A program made the translations under genes and the position numbers. From Mizuhopecten yessoensis (taxonomy: Eukaryota), in the NCBI RefSeq assembly GCF_002113885.1, contig NW_018408539.1, positions 239,183 to 303,182 of the forward strand: a DNA stretch of 64,000 nt, written 5' to 3'. The stretch's first letter is position 1. Each line of letters begins with the position of its first letter. The notes under the pieces were generated by a model. It saw only the letters and a list, made by a program, of their open reading frames with translations, ran no database searches and had not been told where the DNA came from. This document shows positions 39,176-51,335 of this stretch, in pieces.

Positions 39176-41089
39176 TCTGAAACAAAAATGGTAAGAAATG
39201 AAATTAATTGGTACAGTATTATATTTAAAACATTATCAATACTACGAATTCTCTAAAACACTGTCTTACATGCAGTTATGAGGAATATGACAGAAACAGT
39301 GAAGATGTAATAATTCAATAATTGCAAAGTGTATAACTCAATACAAGCAAAAATAGTTGTACAAATTGAGGAAGGGATATTAAAACACAATGAATGTTTA
39401 TTACAAATTGTTGACAAATTGCATGTGCAATGTTCTGGAAGTGCGTAATAAATGGAAATAATGATTCGGAATATTAATAGAATAAAAATATTTCCATCGG
39501 TCAATCAAATTCAGCTTCCATGTTAAGTGGATTCTGATTAGTAACTTATAAGAACATATCTATTTTCGTGTCTTTATCTGTCACTCGTCACTATTGGATG
39601 TGTCTGCCACGTTGCTATGCTCAAAACGAGATTGTTACCCAAAACGGGACGGTTCCTAAAACGGGACATTTATTTGAAAACGGCCCACGTCAAACAGAGC
39701 AGATGTGTCTTTTGATGCATACAATTTTCACTTGATGATAATGACAAGACAAATTAACTGTATTTAAGCTTTACTGGCTGCTGGTTATGGTCACACACAC
39801 ACAGTTTAAGCGGAAGATCAAAATAAAACTTACTTAATTTACATGCCGTGCGACGCTATTTATTTTCATATCATTTTCAGTAGTTTATTGCTAGTTTGGA
39901 GAGGAAAATAGCGAGAACAATATAAGCTGACTCTAAAATACTTGAGCTATGCATACTTTTTCTGTTGATATTGATCGTATATCCCCCAATTTTAGCCAAA
40001 ATAGCAAAGTGACCCTTTCATGGTACAGTTATACCTGTCCAATGGCATTGGCGACCTTGCTAGTATCTTTTTATAGAGCCACGTGCTGGAAAAACCAACT
40101 GCATGGTGAAAGAAAAGAAAAGTGGATAGCATCTACATGACACTTTTGAAACTGATACTTTTATATAAGATGCATTGCTATTCATATAAAAACTGTCCCG
40201 ATTTTTGGTAGTTTCCGTTGCTAAGTACTTGACGGACGAGTAAACTGCTACATGACGTATACTTATCGGGAAACTATATTTTTTCATTAATTAACAAAGT
40301 TGAGTCTCACAACTCGCCTAAAATTTGGTAAACCGCTGTTACTTGGACAACATGCACTGTAGGACATTTCGCACTTACGATATCTAACGAGCAGTACGTT
40401 CTAGGATGTTTGATTACGTCACTTGCATATTTTCTGGTATCAATTTACAACGGTAAATGGACGGCACAATGCTGATCAATTGTGAAACTTCGCAAACAAC
40501 ATATAGACTAAAAACGTGAATCGCCCTACGTTGCTTTGGATCTATGTTGTCATTTAATAACAGAAGGCCGTCTTATTAGTGCTTACACCTACCTCCGTAA
40601 ACAACGCTACACAACAAACACATTAGTAAAACCAGTTGCTTTGGTTGTTTGGAGAATAAGCTATTAATCATTCGAATGTCTATCTTCCTTTGCCAAGTTC
40701 TGTAAAATCTGATAAGATAATCATTAGAAAAACAATGAAAAAAAGAAAAAAATAGAAACGTTAATAAGACAGAAATTGTTAAGAAACTATAAACTAAAAC
40801 TAGGGATTCGTTTTTATGCATGATACAGATACCAACATTTTCACGGCGGGGTAGACATTATTATTTTCGATATTATCTAACCTATCACATAATTTAAGAG
40901 TAGTAATGTACAGAAGGTTATCATCTATATACTACTGTATACCACCTACCGGTTGCATGATACATTCATTAGCATGAGTCATCAGTATGAGAATGCTAAA
41001 GAGGAGGTTAAAAACGACCTGAGAACAACTTGGGACAGATTTTTCCATTTCCCAGGGTTTTGGAACCTCTACTCGCTTCAGGTGACGTC

Positions 41090-41437
41090 CATCCTCGATA
41101 TCCAGGGGTTACGATCACTTTCGGTCTCTACACCCCTGGAACATGGCCGAATTGAAGGTTCAGTATACACCACCTTGTTGGCGAAACAATGAGACTAGTA
41201 CCATCCTTTGGTATACATCAAAGGAATCTCGCGGTCATGTAAAGGTAAAAAATTGACAGGCTTTGAAGTCGGGCGTCTCTCCTTTGTAATCTTCAAAGGG
41301 CATGTATCGGCCTAGCGATTGGTATTTTTTTAACCTGAGACCAATCAAACTGCTATCTTCGTGCCTTCAGTTTTGCTATGACATATTCCAGGGGTGTAGA
41401 GAGCAAAAGTGAACGTAACCATTGGATATCGAGGATG
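41090..41437. mobile_element. MITE with about 70-bp imperfect TIRs and 9-bp TSD (Mutator-like by TSD length)
   Basis: TIR CATCCTCGATATCCA...CTCTACACCCCTGGAA at both ends in inverted orientation. GGTGACGTC is duplicated at 41081-41089 and 41438-41446. Confidence 0.85.
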
Positions 41438-43195
41438 GGTGACGTCCTAAAACGGGAATATTATCCACACAAATGTGATAAGTCATAAACAAATAAATAC
41501 ATGTACGAAAACATAATGTGATGATAACAACACCATTTTATGCGTAAATGTGTATTCGGAAAAGCCAATGACGATAATTTTTTTTTAAATGTCTGCATAG
41601 TTTAAAGATTAATGATTTTCCTCCGCGCAAATATCATATCTTTTTACGATTGTAACAGATCGAGGATAAAGTCATTTTGGACAATCAGGTGTTTTGTCGA
41701 CTTTTTCAAATGAAGAAATATATAAGGTAGTAGTATATAGATGATAAACAATTTACCACGCAGTATTTTCAGTGTTTTTCGTTTGAACGATTTTCTCGTC
41801 GCTCGCACTTAGATAAAATCTCGAGTCGACCTGTGGTGGCCTCTCGATTTTATCCACGTTGCGATCCACATAGCTCGCGATGTGAAAATTGTTCTCATGA
41901 CTAACCCTAGTAACACAGTGTGATAATCTATAATTCTGTAACAATGTAAACCAACGTTTCTGACAGGATATATCTATCTGTATCACGCATGACACTGAGT
42001 TAAAAAAAAAATATGTATACCAAGAAGTACATTTGCAATATCTCGGTTCGCACTGTTACGGCTGTGGTATATAAATGCACTGTACTCGAAGATACAGCTT
42101 CCATTGCTTACAATGCAATTATGAAATCAATATTTCTGTCTTATTAGTTTTAATAAACCTATGTTTGAAAACAAACAAATAGTTTGCGTAACGATAATGA
42201 AGTTGCAGGACAGCAATCGATACAAGTGAAGTAGGCATGAAGTCAACAGTGTATATAAAGTCTCTTAGACAACAAATGCAATAGATCCAGATCGGCATTC
42301 GAGCCCTGATACCCAATCTCATTAAAATCAGATGCTAATACCAACTATTCATGCGGTACGTGATAATGAACAGCTGTATTTATTCAGATTGCCTGATACC
42401 TCTCATCATGTTTCCTTACTGTTGCTCTAACAAACTGAACTTCTTGTTCAGTCCAGCCAAATATATACATCTAAAGCAAAATTAAGGGGAGGTTACTCTT
42501 TATATGAAAACTTCAATGAAACGTTATCATTTAGTCTGCAGTGGAATAATAATGTTCAACTGCTAATGTCTGTTTAAGGTTCATTGATACCAGTTGTTGT
42601 ACTGTCGTAAAGATGACATTATACACAAATGCGCGTGTTTTACGAAGTGATTTGATGGTTATCGCTGATGTTTGTTTGTATTGAATTCGCAATTAGTTTG
42701 TAACATTTCGTGACTACAAGTGCTGAAAGGCTCTATTTTCTAGCTGTTGTATGTGATGTAAAATAATATAAACGATGGGCGATACAACGCTTTCCTGTTA
42801 TTTTCATTTAGGGGGGATAGCCGTCTGGAATGAGATAAATATTCATTCTTGTTAGACTGGAACATGTATTTCATACAAATCTGTGATTCTATTGTGTAAT
42901 TATTTCCTGTCAAGATATTCTATCAGACCATAAAGTCTAGCCTCTACTTTTCAAATACCATCCATGTAGGAATATTTGATGGACAGCAATATCTGCTGTT
43001 CGTGTCATTATGAAGTATGGCTTCGTCCATTGGCTCCTCGCCATCTGTCTGATTGGGTTCGTTGTTCGTTTCAGAATATTCTCTTATACCGATTGATGTA
43101 TTGATTTATACATATATAATTTGTAAAACACAAATGAAATTAGACAACAAACGTAACCAATACAAGCCCTCTGTGTATAATGATTAAAACTTCAT

Positions 43196-43452
43196 TTCTA
43201 TGTGACGTTTCGATGACTAGTACGATATGTTTACTGTCACCTTCATCTGACAAATGACCCATGAAGCGTATGCACATGGAGTCATTTCGGTACATATATA
43301 ACAACTATTGTACATACGTTTCCAGCGTAGCCGAAATCGACATCACAACTCGTACACATTTTACACCTTTTTGTGCATACGCTTCATTGGTCAATTGTCT
43401 GATGAAGGTGACAGTGTACATATCGTACTAGTCATCGAAACGTCACATAGAA
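43196..43452. mobile_element. Inverted pair of Penelope-type termini, each carrying a minimal hammerhead-ribozyme-like motif
   Basis: 81-bp arms (43196-43276, 43372-43452) differ at 5 positions. The right arm reads CTGATGA-A-GGTGAC...GTCATC-GAAA-C-GTC on the + strand. Confidence 0.7.
43396..43447 (+). ncRNA. Putative minimal type I hammerhead ribozyme
   Basis: Core CUGAUGA at 43399-43405, stem II GGUGAC/GUCAUC extended by AGU/ACU, GAAA at 43437-43440, palindromic ACGU in place of helix III, GUC cleavage triplet at 43442-43444. Stem I is only 3 bp (UGU/ACA). Confidence 0.5.
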
Positions 43453-46400
43453 CATGCTATTGGTTGTGTAAAAAGAACTTATCATAATCAATACCTACCA
43501 ACCTGAAGAAAATGTTTAGTGATATGTGATAATGTCTAGATGAGATGTATAGTTTGACGCTCATATACAGTGGAACATATAATTCGTTAAGACATTTCCT
43601 ATGCTTGTTAGTTCTTGTTAAACTCTTTATATAACACTGTATTTTACTTTTTGTCCATTTTGTTTCAAAATTTTTCAAGAAGGAAGTTTGGGGGTTAATG
43701 AATATATAATAAGTCCAAAGGATATAGCCTCATATGTCTGTGTCGTAAACTAAGGAAACCTCGTTATTCTCGACAACTACATCGTATATCTAACAGGCCA
43801 TCTCGTTATTTGACGGTCACCTCCGTTTACTGCAAAATCTTGTTGATTTAGGCACTGACTTCCCGCCTCCAATATGTAATCACGAGAGCACTTTTTTGCT
43901 TAGAATACCGACACACGAGTACAAATATATATAACTGTAAATTGGATTTGTCGTGGATTGTTTTTGAAAGATGAACGTATGACACATACATATGACTGCA
44001 CCTACGAATACAGTATTTGATACAGTATTCAAAAGTGAATTACAACTGTTTCGTCCCTAGGACTGACCGGTGAGGGGCCAAAACTGTATAAATCCAAACT
44101 GTTAGAACAGAAATGTTAGAAACAGAACGGGATTTGCATAAAACCCCTTTATTATTAGAATTTCAAAAATAGAGGAGTACTGATGAGTTTTGAAAAGATG
44201 ATGAGTAAAGTGTGTTATGAACCCTGCCAATAATCAAAATGTTGTCATCTAGGTTACGGAAATCTTTGGAGACTAAGAAATCGCAACGGTGATTGCCATG
44301 ACAACTACCAATATGAATATGAGGATGAGGAAAAAAACGAAAAACATGCTTTTATATTACTGTGTTTTGAATACTGGTTTATGATAAGAACAAATACCTG
44401 TCTCGTTTGTATCAAATTCCGAAATTTCACCAACACGCCACGCCAACTAACCGACTTTGTATTGGTTAATTTGTTAATATAAACATTATCCTATCAGAAC
44501 GTTTTCTTTGTCATAATATTTGACTTCACAATTCAACAAACTTTGATACCTCATGCAAAACCGAAGGAAAACCTTCGTTCTACCGTAACAAAAGCTTTCT
44601 TTTCCAATTACAACGTTTGAGATATCTGGTTGTAATCTATTTTGATGGATATCATGCAAAAAACTAATTAAACTCACAAAAGGAGATGAACAATGTACTG
44701 CCATTGAGTTCCTCGTTGACAATAACTTAGCTGAGTTCGGTGGCAATACTTTTCTGTAGACTCTTTGTATTCCCAGGAAAACAAACCGTGCCTTTCTTCT
44801 TGCCTTATTGTTTTGATTTTCATAATCAGGTTGTATTTACTGAGGAACTTATAAAGAGAGGGAACAAAAATAATGCCAACTCTTTCAATATCAGTTACAA
44901 ACATATCGACAATAACTACAGTAGTTGTAATAAAGAAACAAGAAAGTAACGAACAATTTATTGACCGTGTCGATCTTTATACCATCTTGAGTTGAGCTTG
45001 AAAGCAGTGAGACTACGGACCCGTACACATAAGCCGCTTATCTCTACCTACAACACACAATGACCGCTTACTACAAACTTTTACGACAGTCGTGCCTATA
45101 TACAATAACTATAGCCACGCACACAACTGTCAACCCGATAGCGAGGGAAGGTTAGGATAGCCCTCCGGAATCAGCTGTTTTAAATAAAGTCAAATAGAGT
45201 TTAACTCTGTTGAGACGTCTTTACAATGAATAATTCATTTTCTGAAACAAACATTTTGCAATATGCAAATAAACGTTAGACTAATTAAAGTGTAAATTGA
45301 CGACATCACATTATTTTAAACGTGAATTTAGATTGAACACATTCTTCATGATGTTCTTTTTATGCAAATTAATTAAGATTATCCATTTCTATATGCTGAA
45401 AAAGACATACATCATTTGCTTAATGTTATCGTGAGGTAACGAGAACAAAAGCATTATTTACTTACATTATACGTATCGTTAAAACCTTTCTAGAAAATGT
45501 CTGACCAAAACTTATGTTGACCCATCTGCAAAAGTTTATTTTTGCAAGTTTTGCAAACACCTTTTGTATAGTTCACTTACATAGAAGAATAGCGAACAAT
45601 ATGTTCATATGTTTCTTTAAAGTACCTAGTGCAAGGTATTTTAGGTAAAAAGTGTTTACGTTTGAACTAATTATTAATTATAAACCAACAAAATCCCCTA
45701 TACTTGATATGGCATGTACCAATTGTTTATTTTCATTCAAAATTAAATGTCACACTTTAAGAAAAGTTTATTTTCTATTGGTGTATTACTTATCTTGTTA
45801 AGTTAAAGCTGATATTACTTGGTGCTCACAAAAAACGTGATATTATAAGTAACGCGATCAGAATCTGGCACCGCGAACGGGGTAAACAAAAAACTTACAA
45901 ACTAGGTTATCAATTATTATTGAATATATTGATAAGAATCTATCCTCACGCGTCCCAGGACTTATTGAGCGTTTGTCGATTTTTATTTCATCAACTGCAG
46001 ATGCGTTTTCTTTTATATAAAATTGTATAAATTATACCAAAAAAGATGAATTCTAGTTTGTTATTGCAAGTTTCATTTATATTGCAAAAGACTGTTGCTG
46101 ATGCTAAACCGAAGACAGACTTACAAATGAGCAGGGAATCTGTTTGCGATCTTTAAGGTGAAAATATCGTTTATCAAAAACGAAACCGACATTTTAATCA
46201 ATGGTTTCTCGTTATGTAGTTCGGCAAGCTTGCAATTTTACCGCTTTACATCTTAATGTAACGCGAGACATGGCCATTCCACATAAAAACGATCATGCTA
46301 TTTGATTGATACTCTGTTTACGACCTCTGTATATGCTCGCGTTACGATCCAAATACCGTTCTCTCACAGAAAGAACCTCTAAGTGTTATTAATCATAACA

Positions 46401-49019
46401 TCAAAATGAAATAGATGTTTCGCAAAATCTATCAAAGCAAAGAAAATCGTTATTCAGTTTAAGGAATTTAGTATGTCCGGAGAGGACATCGATTACTCCT
46501 TATACGTTTGTTTGGAAGCACATCATATTCAACTTTATAGACACAGCACGACAACAAAAACAAATATACTACAGCACCGAGAGACAAGGATAATGACACA
46601 ATATACTACAGTATTCATTTAAAGTAATATATCCTGATGTTTCAACTCAATTGACCTCCGACAATTTCAAATAGACGGTTTGAGCAAACTACAGACACAT
46701 GCCCAATAAAAAGATAATTCATTTAACGTTGTCAGTCAGGAACAACTTTCAAAGAAAAACCATTATCGAATTGATATGTAGAACCAAACGCAAACACCAG
46801 AAAGCCATTTCAGTAAGTAATGATGCACCACCACAAATACAATCAAGATTATATACCCAGATGGTGACTGATCTTTTCTGACAGACGGAAAGGAGCATTC
46901 GCTAACCTGATTACAAATTAATCAAAAATTGACATAAAATATGGAGCATTTCATTACCGTTGTATGAACAAAAAGATGCAAGTTTGATGAACAGTGAAAC
47001 TCCACATCACACCTCGACATTATATGCCAGACTAATTATCATACATGCAGGGAGGACCCGTTGTTTGCTGTAACCGTAATGGCCACATTAACGTCTATTA
47101 GGTAGTGCCACGGTACATGTTAAACATACCTATTATTAATATGAAATAAACCGACCTTCCTGTTTTTTTCTTCTAAATTCATATAATTTAGGGGTTTATA
47201 TGTACCTCCCTTTCTGTTTCAACAATTGCTTACGTTTACATTTTCACCGTGAAGGCCACTTATTTGTGAACAAATAAGTGTTCGATAGACGAAACAGGTG
47301 TAAGTTGCATTGTTATTAATTTTCGGTATACTATGTACATGTTTAGTTTACAAAACAAACCAAGAGATGCATACACATGTGTGTGGTTTATGCTCCTCTC
47401 CCTACATTTACTATCAGGACCTATTTACACAGCCGGTTAAACTTTCCAAATATTAGATGTTATTGGTAAATTTTGAGTTGAAATAGCAGTTTCGTTTACA
47501 CTGAGGCATTCTCTTGTGTTCTTTTTAACCTACGATTTTTCATTTGCTATGTTAAAACCTGTCCATAACGTATGACGGGTACCAAATGAGGCGAAAAAAA
47601 TGGTTTCACTTCTGGGGCACCTGATTTTATCTCCGCATTAAAAAAGGTTAAAAGTGTTTTCCTTTTGTTATCTAAGCAATTTAGTTTAACATATTAAAGT
47701 TTGCCGCAAACGTATATAATCAAAGAGATGATGTACAAACTTAATCTTTGTTGGAAGTTTATTGCATCGAACTGTTTGTAATGTTAAATGAAGACAGATA
47801 TACACATTTAGCATTGGAAAAGACTGCAGTCAAATTATCAAATTCAAAACCCATTTCTATCAGTGTTTGCAGTAGGTAAAAGATTAAACATGCAACTGGC
47901 TATACTGATTTCCATATGATTTTATTCAATTAATGCTTGTTCATCATGCACAATTATCATTTTATTTAATTTTTATTCAATGGCTTATTTTCTCTATATG
48001 CTTGACGAAATGGTTAAAAATGTTAAGGCGAGAAAAAAATCGAATCCTATTAATATTAAGAAAACAATAGTTAAATAGAAATATCTTCGAGACAAAATAG
48101 ACATCGACATTACAATAGTTGAATTTTGAGATGGTCAGGATTTCATCAGATACTTGCTTCACCTAACTTATCCTAAAGCATCGACACAAAAGGAAACGAA
48201 CTCAGAATTTATATAAATAAAAGATCAACAGCAGAGGAGAACCGAGGGGACACTTAATTGAAATAGGGGACATCTTGATTCCTAAAAACAAAAGCACTAG
48301 TTTTATTCACTTATAACATGAACTCTCATAAAGCGGAAGATTTTTTTCTTTTCAAAGACAAATATACTCTTATTTGATTATTATGAAAATTTAATCAGAA
48401 TTATCAAATAAATCATCTTTCAAAAACGTGAAAAAGTCTATCGAGTACTATATTATCATGTTTATTTACGGCTTGTTTGATAAAAACAAGGATACATCAA
48501 ATTTAATCACAAATTCCAAATATGTACAATCCATTTATTAAATGCATACATAGAACCTGATTCGTACGTTTTTCCTTTATTCATTTAGCGGAAGCTCGTG
48601 TTTTAAATCCCCATAAGCTATCTTAATCAGATGTTTTGATGTAGACTTTAATCTGCAGACATGGATTCCATTAGATAAAAAGATATATGATAAATCAAAC
48701 AGTTTTAGTACCAAATAAGTTCAAAGGAGAAACATTATCGGGTTTATGTGCTGCATCAAACACCAATATTTATGATCAGTTCAGATACAATCAAGTTTGC
48801 GTTGCCTTCGAGCAAACAACTTTTAAATGAGCTTTCAATTCTGTTGATTAAAATTTATCAAAAAGGATAAAGTGTTTTTAATCTGATATCAGACATTTTG
48901 ATCTTCATGATATTCTGTAACAAATAATTAAACGAAGCACTCAGACATTGCCTCCACGCTGATAGACAGATACAGATAGATCATTAAAGGTATTACAATC
49001 GTTAAACATGCAAACTTAC

Positions 49020-49170
49020 CCAATAATGATAGTTTCCATTTCTAGAATTGTTTTTCGTTCCTTCGAGTAAATTACTATTACAGGTTTTCACGACAAACAG
49101 AAAGTATTGGGTTACTATCCTCTCGAGAAAGCCTTAAGTGTACTTTGTTGATGTAGCTGTTTGTTGCGTT
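49020..49170 (-). other. Candidate first exon of the GPCR (5' UTR plus in-frame METIIIG)
   Basis: On the minus strand: TATATAA at 49199-49205, gaaATGG at 49039 and a perfect G|GTAAGT donor after 49020. GG plus A(39176) gives Gly in frame with the downstream ATG. Confidence 0.4.
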
Positions 49171-49664
49171 GTGTGCTCTACCCTATTATAGTACGACGTT
49201 ATATAGAGGGCATCGACCGCTTCTTGCTGACATAGCATTCATAGCATTCATAGCGAGACCTCGTAATTGTACAATTACTGTCAGGTTACTTGCAAGGGCT
49301 TTTGGTTAAGGTCTAATCAAACTATGGAAATACAGAAGCGTGGGGGTGTCTGTTGTATTCTACAGGGAAGACATATCATTTCATTATATTGTCGGTGTAT
49401 CTTTGAAAAAGGAACATAACGCAAATTTATTTTACATACACGTTGTAATTGGACCCCAGTTGAAAAGTGAACCATTTGAAAAATTAATATATTGATTTCA
49501 AATATCCACTTAGATTGAAAATAATGAAGTCCTGCGATCATTTCCTGAAAAAATGGACCTTCACTAAAAAAGCATTGAGTTCAGAAATTAACTCCGCATG
49601 TATGTCTCATCTAATAAGGTCACAACAAGATGGTATATAATGTCAACAGAACAGTATGATATGA

Positions 49665-50030
49665 CTAATAGAATCTTCCCCTACCTTGAGGGTGCTGTTT
49701 TTGGTTGTCTAACCCGAGGCTCTGCTAAGGGTTAGACAACCACAAAAAAACAGCCCGAGGGTTGGAGATTTCTCTGTTACACCCTCAAGATAGGGGATGA
49801 TTATTTTTCTCCTATCCTATTATTTCAGTCACAGCTTCACGACAGTAGTCTGCCATGTTTGTAAACAAAAACACATGTGGGGTATGCATATCGCCATTCA
49901 CTTTTGATGACGTCACAATTACCGATGACGCATTTTAATGACGTCACAATTGAACACGTGCTAATATTTCCTGTGTAAAACGGGAGACACACCTGTGAAG
50001 GATGGGATAATATATAATTAATAAAACTAT
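49665..50030. mobile_element. Nested-palindrome non-autonomous element (same architecture as the 37.7-kb element)
   Basis: Outer inverted repeat TCCCCTACCTTGAGGGTG / CACCCTCAAGATAGGGGA and inner inverted repeat GGTTGTCTAACCC / GGGTTAGACAACC around GAGGCTCTGCTAA, followed by TATTTTTCTC. Confidence 0.6.
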
Positions 50031-50854
50031 GGTAAGCTATGAACAAAGGAAAGATTCGTAGGAGTAAACTTGCAAAGGGTCAGGGAATTTTAAAAAGTAG
50101 AAGTATAACTTTTCATTGTTGAAACCTGCCATGTAAAAAGTAGGTCAAATCAACATGTCACGACTTATTTCGTCAACGAAAGGGAAACTTGCTAGTAGAC
50201 AAGTAAATCTTACCATGAAGACAAACTTAAAAATGAACTTTTAACGTCATCCCTTATAATAAACTCGGAGCGAATGTTTCAAATTTGTCCGACTTGGAGA
50301 TCAAAATATAGTCACACTAACACTAGTTCCTTTATTTCAATATGGATCAATATAACATTAATTGAACAACACAAATAGGAATAATATGACCCAAAATTTA
50401 AAACATAAATTGTATTTGAACATACATTTTGGACAAAACATGTATCATGGAATCAATTATAGTAATAGTCCGTTTCATTTTCAAGCAACGTATAACTTTA
50501 GGTAGTGAACAATGTATCAACTTATACGGTGAAATTGCAGATAAAAAATGAAGTCTTGACCGACCTTTGAATTGATATTTATAACAAAATGAAGCAAAGA
50601 TTATTCTTTATACAAAACAGGTACAGGAATAAGATATCTCTATTCTCAAACATCGCTTTCGTAATATTTAAAACTAAATTGACCATTTGAGATAAAATGT
50701 ATCCTGTGTTGTAGACATTTGTTATATTTTTTCCTTTAGTAGTTGATGCTGTTTTCGCTCTATTCGTTTTTGTGCATGGACGCTTTGCCTTATTTTGTCT
50801 GTGTCTGTTGACATAGATAAACCATGCATAAATTGTCTTTATGCGTTGACGTAA

Positions 50855-51335
50855 TGTCATATTTTGTCACTGTGTATTGCAATATATTTTTTCGTTGTGT
50901 TGTCGCAGTGGTATAAATTTTGTCGTTGTGTTGTCGCAGTGGTATATTTTGTAACTGCGTATTTGCAATATATTTTTTCGTTGTGTTGTCGCAGTGTTAT
51001 ATTTTGTCGTTGTGTGTTGACGCTATGGTATTTTTTTCGTGGAATATTGACGTAATGGTTTATCTTGCCGTTGAGTGTTGACGCTGAGATATACATTGCG
51101 TCGGTCTGCGTTGACACTGGTATATTATGTTGTGTGTTTACGTTGGGGTAAATTTTGTTGTGTGTTGACGCTATGGTATTTTATGTCGTAGTGTAACTAC
51201 GCTGTAGTTTATTTTTGGTAAAAAGTGTTGTGTGTTGAAGTTGTGAAATATTTTGCTACGTGTTGACGTGTCTTTGATTGTTGACGCAGTGTTATATTTT
51301 GTCGTAGTGTGTTGTCACAGTGTTATATTTTGTAC
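50855..51335. repeat. Degenerate minisatellite (about 29-31-bp unit TATTTTGTCGTTGTGTTGTCGCAGTGGTA)
   Basis: Directly visible tandem copies, with related copies at about 60040-60130. Confidence 0.85.

Noticed and set aside
38705-39194. Plus-strand ORFs 38705-38914 and 38826-39194
   Set aside because: They are antisense shadows of the GPCR coding exon with no recognisable motifs.
47257-47280. Perfect 11-bp-arm palindrome CACTTATTTGT-GA-ACAAATAAGTG
   Set aside because: Real but short and isolated in AT-rich DNA, with no context to assign a function.
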